Assembly: GCF_006345805.1 (NCBI RefSeq)
Contig: NC_043002.1
Span: forward strand, 56,048,001 to 56,112,000
Direction: 5' to 3'
DNA length: 64,000 nt
From: Octopus sinensis
Lineage: Eukaryota
The notes under the pieces are model-generated. The model searched no databases. It worked only from the letters and a program-made list of their open reading frames with translations, and was not told the origin of the DNA. The translations under genes were made by a program, and so were the position numbers. Shown piece by piece: positions 63,531 to 64,000 of this stretch (within the stretch, counting starts at the first letter, position 1; each line of letters begins with the position of its first letter).

Positions 63531-64000
63531 TGCTCCGCTGGGTGTGTGATGTCAGTGTGCATATAAAACAGAGTGTAAGTGCCCTGAGAGAAAAGTTGGA
63601 CATGAGAAGCATCAAATGCGGTATGCAAGAGAGATGTCTGTGCTGGTATGGTCATGTGTTGCATATAGATGAGGACGGCTGTGTGAAAAAGTGTCACACC
63701 CTAGCAATAGAGGGAACTTGTGAAAGAGGTAAACCCAGGAAGAAATGGGATAAGGTGCTGAAGCATGACCTTCAAATGTTGGGCCTCACCAAGGCGATGA
63801 CAAGTGACCAACCAAGACCTTTGGAGATATGCTGTGTTTGAGAAGACCTGGCAAGCCGAGTGAGACCGTAACTGTGGCCTACGCCAGTGCAGCATAACCA
63901 GGCCATTTAAAAGTACCCTTCCATCATCAGGCAATAAACTGCACTTGCAAAGACCTGTTGAATCAAGTGAAGTCATTGTCGTGGCCGATACCAATACCAC
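63531..64000 (+). mobile_element. RTE-clade LINE 3' end (ORF C-terminus plus 3' UTR), running off the window
   Basis: MLRWVCDVS...LREKL....I...MQER.L.WYGHV...RGKPRKKW..VLKHDL is the RTE C-terminal signature. Confidence 0.85.

Overview
This is AT-rich, repeat-saturated eukaryotic DNA, most likely from an octopus (inferred from the SINE families and microsatellite density). The only recognisable host-gene coding sequence is a ~200-nt minus-strand segment (41040-40841) encoding the end of LIM1 and all of LIM2 of an Ajuba/LIMD1/WTIP-family protein. The rest looks intronic or intergenic: dozens of tRNA-derived SINEs (CORE-type and Meta-domain), RTE and R4/Dong LINE fragments, Penelope-like remnants with decayed hammerhead ribozyme motifs, hAT, piggyBac and pogo-type MITEs, long fold-back palindromes, a 650-bp tandem duplication and many microsatellites. 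Almost all ORFs in the supplied track are repeat artefacts. Best leads: (1) a near full-length U2 snRNA copy fused through a minisatellite to an RTE 3' tail, all inside one target-site duplication; (2) the LIM segment has no usable AG splice acceptor; (3) a two-piece, locally templated insertion inside a piggyBac MITE; (4) a fold-back element family associated with hammerhead-like motifs. All calls were made by eye without database searches, and repeat boundaries are approximate unless TIRs or TSDs are quoted.
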